From: Piromyces finnis finn
Taxonomy: Eukaryota; Fungi; Neocallimastigomycota
Direction: 5' to 3'
Assembly: GCA_002104945.1 (NCBI GenBank)
Contig: MCFH01000136.1
Location: 1 to 29,026 of the forward strand
DNA length: 29,026 nucleotides
Part shown: positions 1 to 10,400 of the stretch, piece by piece
Layout of the letters: every line of letters begins with the position of its first letter
Position numbering within the stretch: the first letter of the stretch is position 1
Notes under the pieces: generated by a model
The model's database searches: none
Seen by the model: the letters and a program-made list of their open reading frames with translations, nothing else
What the model was told of the DNA's origin: nothing
Made by a program: the position numbers and the translations under genes

Positions 1-461
1 GATTATTCATAATATATATTAAGGATTTAATTAATATGTTACAGTGAATGATCCATATATTATGAATGAAATCAATTTAAATCCTTAGCTATCCAAAACC
101 ATTAAATTTCAAATAATGGATAGTTGGAAAAAGTACGATGATTTTTGAGAAAAATTTTAAAAATTGAAAAATCAAAAATAAATTAAATGATAAAAATTAA
201 AATTAATAAATTTTATTTATAACTATTAATTTTATATCTATTTAACTTTATTATATATTTATTATTTTATTTTATTTTTCATAATTTATTTTGATTCAAT
301 TTTTAAATTTTTCTCAAATCATCGTACTTTTTCCAACTATCCATTATTTGAAATTTAATGGTTTTGGATAGCTAAGGATTTAAATTGATTTCATTCATAA
401 TATATGGATCATTCACTGTAACATATATTAATTAAATCCTTAATATATATTATGAATAATC
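1..461. mobile_element. Foldback / MITE-like palindromic element (may extend left of the window)
   Basis: 1-~190 is a near-perfect reverse complement of ~285-461, with an imperfectly palindromic AT-rich centre. An inner unit TA|CAGTG (42) ... CACTG|TA (418) resembles Tc1/mariner termini with a TA target. No ORF. Confidence 0.6.
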
Positions 462-959
462 TCTTAATATTTGAATAGAAAAATTTTTAATTTATAATTA
501 ATAAATTTTTAATTTATGATATGTGTAACATTTTTGCATATCATATATTATATATTTAATTATGACATATAATAAAATTATATATTCAATTAATTATGCC
601 CTTTTTAGACATAAATAATAATTTTTCTGTCGAGGTATCTTCTGTTTTGTGTGTAACAGTTGCCTCTTTTAGTAAAATTATAATTAAATTCTATGTCATA
701 ATTTCAAATTATAAAATATTATACAATAAAGTTAATTAATAAAATAAACCTTAAATAATAATAAAATACCTATAACTATTTTAATAATAAAATTTTGTAA
801 AATTTTATAAGTATAAAATATTATAAGTAATTATACTAATACTAATAATAAAGGTCTTAAATAACTATATACAAATAATATAACTATATAATAAAAATAT
901 TAATAATTACTAGAAAAATGTATAAAAATTATATATTATAATTTTTATATTTTAAAAAT

Positions 960-1048
960 AGAGTTAAACACTAGTAAGGAATATAAATAGTTGAAGGTTA
1001 AATCCTAAAATTCTAGCTAATTCAACTATTTATGTTCATTCCTTAACA
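960..1048. repeat. Probable LTR terminus (family G); other end not resolved
   Basis: Ends TTCCTTAACA like the family C LTR end (19479) and has a similar terminal hairpin (ataaatagttgaa / ttcaactatttat). No matching start or TSD found. Confidence 0.3.
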
Positions 1049-1053
1049 GAATA

Positions 1054-1570
1054 TGATACGAAGAAAAATATTATCTTAATTCTATAAATGAATATAGAAA
1101 GTGATAATATTTGTATCTAAAATTTAATAAATAAAAATAAATAAGAAAATAAAAATAGAATAAATGATTTTTATACTTGTTCATTTGCAAGTCTTTGTTA
1201 GTTTAAAATATAAAATTATTTTATTTAATTATAAAGTTTTAATATTTAATAACTCTTGTATTATTAAATATATATATGTTATGGTTTAATACATCTTGAA
1301 TGTATGTAAATATAATCACAACTATTATTTTAATAAAATTTAATATTATTATCTAATTTTACTGGATTATTAGGAACAATTTTAAAATAAAATGATTCTA
1401 TCACTATTTATACAAAATTATTATTTTAAAGTATAATTATAAACAAATATAAACTATTTAATTTAAAAATAAATAAACAATTAAATAGACAAAAAGTTTA
1501 CATTTATAGTTTTTAATTTAATAATTTTATACATGTTAATTATTTTAATTTTTAACTATCTGTGTTTTAA

Positions 1571-1616
<46 letters not shown>

Positions 1617-1648
1617 AATTCATAATTTATAAATTTAATTATTTATCA
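1054..1648. mobile_element. Solo-LTR-like unit, family F, copy 1
   Basis: TGATA...TATCA inverted termini; 4-bp TSD AATA (1050-1053 / 1649-1652); reverse-complement homologue at 18102-18767. Confidence 0.75.
1571..1615. repeat. (TTA)n microsatellite inside F copy 1
   Basis: About 15 uninterrupted trinucleotide units. Confidence 0.95.
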
Positions 1649-2104
1649 AATACTATGTAAAAGGTGTTTTTATAATATTAATTAATAAGTTATTAATATT
1701 TAGCTAATTAAGTTAGTTATTACCTCTCTATACGAGTTAATAACTAAATAAAGTTTTATAAAAAATAATAAAAGAAATAAAATAAATATTATAACACTAA
1801 AATAATTACAAACAAACGTATAAAGATTTTATGAAATAATGTTTACTTAAATAATTTTATATTAATTATATCTTTTATTTATTAATTATAATTATATACA
1901 TTAATTATTATTATAGTTACTAATTTACTTTAATACTAACGCTAAAGTATTTAACGTTAGTTTTAACTATACTATTTAACTATATTAGTTTATTTTCTTT
2001 ACCACTTGATTGGGTAAAGTAAATAAACTTCCTATTTAATTAATAACCATTAATATATGGTTATACATATATCTGGCCAATAAATGGTGACCAGAATATA
2101 TGGT

Positions 2105-2747
2105 TGTCAAAATCACAATTCATGAAATTTGACAATTCATGAAATTTCATAATTTTGAATTATTAGTTAAATTAATTAAAATATTAATTTAATAATATTT
2201 TACTAATAATAGTTTATTTAATATAAATATTAATTGGAAAGCTATTTATTATCCGGAGATAAATAGAGTGTAACAATTAATTAATATTAAACAAACCAAT
2301 TAGTAAAATAAGATTCATTTAAATAATTATTAATATTATTTTTAACAACTTATTAATATCGATATTTAAAGAAAATTATATTATTATTACTATTATATTT
2401 TATTAATATTTATATTTATATTATTATACATGTATAACTTAAATTATATTATTATTATACTTTATTAATATCAACATTATATTAAAAATGAAGTATAAAT
2501 AAGTTGAACAAAGAACAACTTTAAGAAGTTCTTTGTGAGATTATTATACTCATTTTTATATAGTAAATTCAATATTTAAAATTAATAATTATCATTTACT
2601 TATATTATAAAAATTAAATAAAATATTTCTTAAAAAACTATATTTATTACTCTTTTATTTATAAAAATTTATTATTTACTATATAATTAAGCCTATCCTA
2701 ACCTAGTAGACTTAATTATAATTCTAAATCCACTCTAACTCTTGACA
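2105..2747. mobile_element. Solo-LTR-like unit E1 inserted in LTR A1
   Basis: TGTCA...TGACA inverted termini; 5-bp TSD ATGGT (2100-2104 / 2748-2752). Confidence 0.7.
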
Positions 2748-3097
2748 ATGGTTGTTAAGTTTTTGGATTTGGTTATGCGGCCAGGTCAGAATGTTATCAA
2801 TTATATAGTAAATATGTTTTTTAAGAAATTAAATTTAAATATAAAATAACCCTTTAAACTTCCAAATGAGAAATTAATATTTATTCTTTAGAATAACTTT
2901 TTTATAAAATTTTATTTATTTATTAATAATAATATAAATGATAATATATTTAATAACTATATAATTAAGATTATAACTATAATCTTTACAAAGAATTAAA
3001 ATCGAATTCAATTCATTCTATTTTATATTCTTTGTTCAGATTATTAAATTGATAAAAATAAAGTATTACATGTAATATGTTAATAATATAATAAGAT

Positions 3098-3123
3098 TGT
3101 TTGTTTGTTTGTTTGTTTGTTTT
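3098..3123. repeat. (GTTT)n microsatellite
   Basis: About 6 units, immediately before the palindrome TGTCATGACA. Confidence 0.85.
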
Positions 3124-3997
3124 GTCATGACATAAAATAAAATAAACATATGATTAATCATTTAAACACTTGATCCATTAACCTATTTTATAATAATTAA
3201 AATTATTTAATTTATAAATGTTAACCGTTACACCTAAATGGTTTAGTTCTATTTTTAGTAACAGTCACTATCATTAATTAAATTAATATAATTAGAATTT
3301 CTATTGATATCTTTTTAATTTTCGTCAAGTCATAAGAAATGTCTATGATCCATACTTGATATCATATTAATTTTAATTTACTTATTAAAATCTTCAAATG
3401 ATCATATCTTCCTTAAATGACCAGTTAGAAGGACCGCGATTGTACCAAAATGTAGCTTTTTCCTTAAGCTTTCTAATAAACTTGGTTTCACAGCCGTATC
3501 ACTTACAACCGTAGCGATCGTTTTTGGCGAGTTACACCTTGTTTCGTGTTTGTTTATTTTTGGTTAAGGGTTATAGTGTATTGATATTAAATTTTTTGAA
3601 ATCATAATCCTTTCACTGAATCAGAATTTAAAAGGTGACTTTTTAAAGGTGTTTTAAAATAATTATTGGGATTATTTAATTCTAATTATTATGTTTAATT
3701 AATTATAGATATTATCTGAATTTGTTTTAAATCCAGTTAATATCTTCACATTGAATGTAAAAGTTTCACTAAACTTATAATTTAATATTAAAATATCAAA
3801 TTAAATAAAAGGTTAAAAGATAACTAGGTTAGAAAAAAAATGTTTTATTAAAATAATCTTAATTGATTTATAAATGAATAATTAAATTATATATTATGGT
3901 TAAAATAATTTCTTTTATTTTATTTAATAATATATTGCTAAAATATAATAATAAGATTATTTAGTAATAATACTCATTAAGTATTAATTATTATTAA

Positions 3998-4123
3998 TAG
4001 TTAATAATTTCTAGTTAATAATCTATAGTTAATAATTCATAGTTAATAATTTATAGTTAATAATTTATAGTTAATAATTCATAGTTAATAATTTATAGTT
4101 AATAATTTATAGTTAATAATCTT
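3998..4123. repeat. 14-bp minisatellite, 9 copies
   Basis: Consensus TAGTTAATAATTTA at exact 14-bp spacing; variants only in the last three positions. Confidence 0.95.
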
Positions 4124-4970
4124 TACAAAGATTTTAATTTCATAACTATTCTAAACTATTTATACTATTTGTAATTTTACATTTAATAATAAAATAACTT
4201 TTCAATACATGATTATATTCATAATATATTTTATAATACTTAAACTAAACTTAAGACTTATTCCTAATTATTAAAAAATAACTATTGTTTATAATATTCA
4301 TAATATTAATTATTTCTTAATTATAATATAATTCATTGAATATAATATTAATAATTATAATCCTCTAGTTCAAAGATTATAAATTATGTTATTGAAATAA
4401 TTATTATAAAATAAAGTTAATTAGTTCCGGAAAATAATTTTAATTTAATTAAACAATAATTTTTATACTTTGAGTGAATGATTTATGTTTGATATATCAG
4501 GGGTGATCATTCTCTGAATAAACAATTAATCATTGCTAACAAAATATCTTTAAATTGGAATATCTCGTGAACCAGCAGAGATATTGACCTGATTTTAAGA
4601 TATGTTGTTTGTCTCGAGCGTGGCTTTCTAACGAACGTAATTATAACCAAAACATTTTTATTCAAAAATCGTCATTCGTTGAGGAGATACGCGTGTTTTT
4701 CCTTATTCCATTTTAACGATAAGGGTTAAAGTTATTTATTATAAAAATTATTAAGGGTTAAGGTCATATTTTAACCTTTTCTAAATTTTTAAATATTTCT
4801 TAATAAAATTTAATAATTTATTTGAAAATAAAATATTTGTTGATTTTGAATTTTCATAAGTGATTTCACAATTCCAAGTGATCTTGAAATTGTAATTTCA
4901 CTAGTATTCGTGACATGGTTTCAATTGAAATATTTGTGGGCAAACTTATGGCCACAAATATTTCTTACAC

Positions 4971-5795
4971 TGTAAGAATTAATAATTATTTATTGAATAA
5001 TTATTAATTCTTATTTAATTATTTTTTTAATTATTAAATTAATTAATTATTTAAATTATTAGCATACATTCATTTAAATTACTATAAACAGTTATTTATA
5101 TTAATATTAATTATTCATTTACTAAATGTAAAATTTATTTAATTATTATATTAATTAATTATTTATTTAATTTAGTAATTTATCTAAAATAATAGTAAAC
5201 ATTCATTTATTCTATTATTTAATAATTTTTGTATTACATTTTATAAGAAACATTATGTATTTTATTTTACGTTTGTATTTTATATTTATGTATCGTATCT
5301 TGAAATAACTTATAGAAACAACTAGAAGATATAAATAAATATTAGGACAATCGGATATTAAGGTTTTTCCGAATTTTAATCGGTTTTACTTAATATTACG
5401 ATGATTGATATATTAGTTATCAATCGAATATCTTTTTAGGTTTTTCTTCTAGTCTTTTCCTAAAAAGATTATTTGTTAAGATTAGAAATTTTTTATTAAA
5501 CTTTAAATTATTAAAAAATTATAAATAAAAGAACTCTGGAATACCACTTAAAAATCCAGAGTTATTATTATAAGAACTATTATAATAAATAACCTTTATT
5601 AAAACAATATTAATAAAATATTTTAAATTAATTAGCATTAAAAGTTTTGTGTTGTTTATTATACTTCCTTATAATAAACTCTTATTAAGATAAGTATAAA
5701 ATTTTATTTTAACTTCTCAGTTTAATAATACTAATTATTATTAAATTGAAGATAATAATTATTATTATATAATATATATAATAATAATTATTACA
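4971..5795. mobile_element. Solo LTR, family D, copy 1
   Basis: TGTAA...TTACA; 5-bp TSD TACAC (4966-4970 / 5796-5800); direct homologue at 17273-18092. Confidence 0.9.
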
Positions 5796-5804
5796 TACAC
5801 ATAC

Positions 5805-5995
5805 TGTAAAAGGTTTTTATATATATTAGTTTATTTTCTTTACCACTTGATTGGGTAAAGTAAATAAACTTCATATTTAATTAATAACCATTAATATATG
5901 GTTATACATATATCTGGCCAATAAATGGTGACCAGAATATATGGTTTCAATTGAAATATTTGTGGGCAAACTTATGGCCACAAATATTTCTTACA
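5805..5995 (-). repeat. 3' LTR of A2 with a ~304-bp internal deletion
   Basis: 191 bp versus 495 bp for the 5' LTR; both termini intact; the breakpoint falls in the repeated ATATTAGTT. Confidence 0.9.
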
Positions 5996-6010
5996 ATGCC
6001 CCCCTAAGGA
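5996..6010 (-). other. Polypurine tract of A2
   Basis: Minus strand ...TTAGGGGGGCAT directly before the TGTAAG of the 3' LTR. Confidence 0.85.
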
Positions 6011-6016
6011 GAAAAC

Positions 6017-6649
6017 CTAAGCAGGGTTTTGGACACTAACCATGAATTCCTGGTAGCATTTATCTTGAAATTCCTTGAGTAGCTTATCATAGTGGGAGTT
6101 CTTGTCAATGATATCAGCATCAACCCACTCTTGCCTAAAGTCACTAAAGGTAGCTAAGTATTGGTAGTTATCCTTCTTTCTTCTGGCATTCATGATTTTG
6201 ATGATTTTCTGGTACCCCATTGGTGCAGGTGTTAGTTCTTCAGGTTTGTTATGGTAGGGTTCAAGTTCACTGATATGAAACACTGGGTAGACGTTGGGGA
6301 AAGGTGACTTACTGATATCCAACCGGTAGTTAAGCTTGCTTTCATCAATTCCAATAACCTTGAAGGGACCGTACTTTCTTGCTTGTAGCTTGTAGAAGGG
6401 AAGAGGGTTGTAATTTTCTGGTTTTCTTAACCACACCAAATCCATGAGCCTAATTTTAGGGTAGTTAAGTTCTCTTCTATGGTCCAAGTGGTCTAAGAAC
6501 CGTGTTCTTGATATGTCCAGCATGTGCTTTAAGTTACCTAAGTTGTGAGCGAAGCTATCTAATATAGGAGCTTCGCCAAGTGAGTGGACAAGTTCTGAGT
6601 CTTGAGGGTTCATATGTACCTGGTAGTTATACAAGGCTAGGAATGGGGA
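6017..6649 (-). CDS. pol: Integrase C-terminus (GPY/F module and chromodomain-like domain), downstream of an in-frame TAG
   Basis: KYGPFKV...YPVFHISELEPY motif followed by YQKIIKI...YQYLATF...EWV; same frame as the upstream ORFs. Confidence 0.85.
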   Translation of the reverse strand, partial: SPFLALYNYQVHMNPQDSELVHSLGEAPILDSFAHNLGNLKHMLDISRTRFLDHLDHRRELNYPKIRLMDLVWLRKPENYNPLPFYKLQARKYGPFKVIGIDESKLNYRLDISKSPFPNVYPVFHISELEPYHNKPEELTPAPMGYQKIIKIMNARRKKDNYQYLATFSDFRQEWVDADIIDKNSHYDKLLKEFQDKCYQEFMVSVQNPA

Positions 6650-7414
6650 CTACTTGGTAGAACTGTGCACTGCATTATTATAACAGAACTCAGCTAAGTA
6701 CAAGTACTTCAACCATTCGTCATCATCAAAGGTCTTCACAAAGCATCTAAGGTACATACTTACGTAGGAGTTGTTACGTTCAACCTGACCAACTGTTTCA
6801 TGATGGCCAGTAGTAGCAAGGTTTACTTCTACGCCAAAGAACCCCATAATGTCCTTCCACAACTTACTAGTGAACTGGACACCACGATCCGTAGTAACCG
6901 ATTTGGGACAACCATGTAACTTGAATACATGTTGTAAGTATGCTAAGGCTGTTTCTTTAGCAGTAGGCATACTCCTAAATCCCACTAAGTGTATCATTTT
7001 GGTTAACTTATCGCTACAAACCATGATACAACCTCTTCTAGTGACTTCTGGGGGTTCTGAGGGACTACTACCTGGTTTTCTGCGTTCCTTAATAGGTAGG
7101 TCCGTCAGGAAGTCAATTTCTACTTCTTGCCAAGGTAAGTCTGCAACTTTTACCCTAGCAGCGCTACCGTACGGCTTGTGTCTGTTGTCCTTTTGGGTAC
7201 AACATATGGTGCAAGCTTTAATATAACCCGCAATGTCATCCTTCATTTTTGGCCAGTAATAGTTTCTGGCTATCAGGTCGTAAGTCTTATCCTTTCCTAA
7301 GTGACCCGCTGTTTCACTATCATGGTTAAGTTTTATGATTGTTTCCCTTAACACCTTTGGTACATATGTACGTTCTGGTGCATCCTTTCTAACAATCAAC
7401 CCATTAACCATCAA
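6650..7414 (-). CDS. pol: Integrase zinc-finger and DDE core, between two in-frame stops
   Basis: H-x6-H...C-x2-C (HDSETAGH...CTIC), IDFLTDL, TDRGVQF, GQVERNN. Confidence 0.92.
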   Translation of the reverse strand: MMVNGLIVRKDAPERTYVPKVLRETIIKLNHDSETAGHLGKDKTYDLIARNYYWPKMKDDIAGYIKACTICCTQKDNRHKPYGSAARVKVADLPWQEVEIDFLTDLPIKERRKPGSSPSEPPEVTRRGCIMVCSDKLTKMIHLVGFRSMPTAKETALAYLQHVFKLHGCPKSVTTDRGVQFTSKLWKDIMGFFGVEVNLATTGHHETVGQVERNNSYVSMYLRCFVKTFDDDEWLKYLYLAEFCYNNAVHSSTK

Positions 7415-10400
7415 TCACTTCTTTTTGATGAGCTTGTGGCCTCTTTTTGCGTCAAGACCATCTCTAATTTCCCTAGCAAGCTCATCCGTGTTGTAAGCTT
7501 GTTTCAATTCTCCCACGAAGCTTACTTCTAACACCGCATAGCACTCTTCTTCCACGGGTGGAAATTCTTTTACCTGTTCTGGTCGAAGGAGGCTAGCTTT
7601 TTCCATCTCCAGTTGTACCTGTTCTGGAGATACCATTCTTGATAGGATATCGGCTCTACCATTCATTTTTCCTGGCCGATATATTATTTCGAAGTTGTAT
7701 GCAGCAAACAGCTCTTGCCATCTTGCCTGTCTTGCTGTCAACAACTGTGGTTTTGTGGCGAACAGGAGATTCCTATGGTCACTATATACTAGGACCTTAT
7801 GTTTCGCACCCATCAACAGGTGTCGCCACTCGATGAAAGCATTCCTAATAGCCAACAACTCCTTTTCAGTGATGGAGTAGTTGATTTCTGCTTTCGTAAG
7901 CTTCTTGGAATAGTAATACACAGGGTGTAGTTCATTATCATCGCCTAGTTGTGATAATACACCACCCACCGCGTAGTTACTAGCGTCGCACTCCACTATA
8001 AACTGACGGTCATGATCAGGATATGCTAATACTGGTGGAGACAACAGCATTTCTTTTAACTTCTCGAACGCCTGGATGCGTTCTTCATTCCACAGGAACT
8101 GTACCTTTTTGGACGTCATAGCATATAACGGCCTTGCTATCTTAGAGAAGTCCTTTATAAACTTCCTATAATAGTTGCAGAATCCAAGGAATGACTGTAG
8201 TTCTTTGAGGTTGGTTGGTTGTGGCCAACTTGCAACAGCTTTTAACTTCTCTGGGTCGGTTTTAATACCATATTTTCCAACTACATGACCCAGGAATGCA
8301 AGTTCTTCCTTGTGGAACTCACACTTCGCTAACTTAGCTACTAGACGATTATCTATTAGCTTTTGTAGGACTCTTTTTACATGCCTTACATGCTCTTCAA
8401 GTGACTTGGAGTAGATGATGATATCATCCAAGTACACTTGACAGCAGTCATTGATTTCCTCTGCCAGCACCGTATTAATGAACCCTTGGAACGTGGCAGG
8501 TGCATTAGTCAACCCAAATGGCATCACTAGATATTCGTAATGCCCAAACTTGGTTGAGAATGCCGTCTTGTATTCGTCACCTTCACGAATACGCACGAGG
8601 TTGTAAGCAGACTTCAAATCCAACTTGGAGAAGATAGTCGCGCCTTTCATAGCCTCGAACACTTGACTGATGAGTGGTAAGGGAAAGGAGTTACGCACTG
8701 TTACCTTATTAAGACGCCTATAGTCAGTACATAATTGTCTTTCACCACTCTTTTTGGGCACGAATAACACAGGATAACCTGCAGGACTCTCTGACTTCCT
8801 GATGAAGCCCTTTGCCAGGTTTTCCTCTATATATTCCTTCAGTGCTTTTTCCTCTTCGGGATTGAAGGGATATATAGGCCCTTTATGAAGACTAGCATCC
8901 GGCTCCAGGTCGATCTTACAGTCGTAAGGACGGTGTTCTGGTAGCTGGTTGGCTATTTCTTCATTAAATGCTTCTTTGAAATTGTGGTAGTACTTCTCCA
9001 CGATTTCCTCAGGTGTAGGTTGATTTTCGTTTAAGTTTTCTTCCTGTACCAACCCTACGTAAATGTGATTTTTCTCTAAGTTCGACTCTTGTACCAACCC
9101 TACTGAAACACAAGTTTTCTCTAAGTTGGATTCAAATGCCAACCCTCCGGAATCACATTTTTTCTCTAAGTCAACACTCTGTACCAACCCTACTGAAACG
9201 GGATTTTTCTCTAAGTCAGAACTTCGTGTCAACCCTCCGGAAACACATTTTTTCTCTAAGTTAGCACTCTGTACCAACCCTACTGAAACACAAGTTTTCT
9301 CTAAGTTGGAACTCGATGCCAACCCTCCGGAACTTCCGTTTCTGGTTTCTCTTGTAGCCTTGTGGCTACCATTACCCACGATTTCGGCTTCTATGTTTTC
9401 CGCAGTTACAGTTACCAGAGGCCTTCTTGCTTTTGCATTAGTAACTGTAGTTATGGGACTTAATTGAGTACAGTAGTAGATGTCGCCACCATTTACACCA
9501 TAACTGTTGGTATGTCCTTTATCCTTATCATTATCTACTACGAAGTACCTCACTTGTGCATCTTTATCATATCCTCTGTAGATAAAGTGCTCATCCATGA
9601 AGCCCAGTCCCACAATGATCATCTCCGGCATGTTGTCGGATAGGTGACAACTTGTGTTGAAGCAGTATGGTTTAGCTTCTTGTTCGCCAGATGGAGTTAA
9701 CCATAACTTCAACTGCAAGTCATCTGAGAACTGCTTTAACTCGATATCTCCATTCACAGTTCTGAATATGGCTGGTTTATCCACTACCTTTAACCCGAGC
9801 TTCTTTGCTAAATTTGGGTGGATGAGGTTTGTAGTGGAACCAGTATCATACAAGACTTCTACCCTTTTTATATCTCGAGGGTTGCTTCTTGCATTTATTT
9901 CAGCTACTAGTTGGTTCTGACTGTAGTAACTGTTATTGACCGTCGTTTGACTTGCCATAGCCTTAGGTAATGGGTTATTTCCCATACTAGAAGGTCCTTG
10001 CTTTGGTTGGAAGCTAGAACTTCTTCTAAAGCTTGACTTATTTAAGGATTCACGACGCTCTTTAGTACCGTTATTGTTTTTTGCGTAAGCCTGAGTGTTG
10101 GTCTGCTCAACTTTAGGCTTATTATTTGGCTTGTTGTTCTTCTGCTTCAACTCAGCCCATCTAGATGGCCTACATGGGTCTGTAATGTCCAACAATGCCA
10201 TAATAGTGGTCTGGCGGTCTCTTTTGTCGTACTTTTCTATGGTTTCATTACGGAAGACTGCTTGGTGATCATCGCACTTTAACAAGACTTCACTTAATGT
10301 TTCCAGCGTACGTTCCTGTTCAGGGATATCATAGAACGCTTCCCGGACAGAAGGCCTGACCTGTTGTATTAACACCTGTCTCCTAACATTTTCAGGGAGC

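Larger units (their letters stand above)
2753..4915. mobile_element. Unclassified non-coding TG...CA insertion E2 in LTR A1
   Basis: TGTTA...TGACA termini; flanked by TGGT (2749-2752 / 4916-4919), or by ATGGT if the last A is assigned to the TSD. No long ORF. Confidence 0.6.
1656..4969 (-). mobile_element. Family A LTR (A1), interrupted: 1656-2104 plus 4920-4969
   Basis: TGTAAAAGG start and TTCTTACA end; both pieces match the LTRs at 11903-12397 and 15993-16483; split at GAATATATGGT|TTCAATTG. No flanking TSD, PBS or PPT seen. Confidence 0.9.

Noticed and set aside
2770-2787. TGGTTATGCGGCCAGGTC as a tRNA PBS
   Set aside because: It is not adjacent to an LTR 3' end (it lies 17 nt inside the start of E2), and I cannot match it to a known tRNA.
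3998-4123. CRISPR-like array
   Set aside because: Head-to-tail units with no unique spacers, no cas genes and a eukaryotic context.
6849-7226. Antisense ORFs over pol or gag (also 7639, 7695, 9654, 10760, 11439, 20334, 21027, 23237, 24086, 28718)
   Set aside because: They overlap well-supported retroelement frames on the opposite strand and have no recognisable motifs.
9126-9467. Plus-strand 113-aa ORF with repeats
   Set aside because: Antisense shadow of the 45-bp repeat in pol; no independent support.
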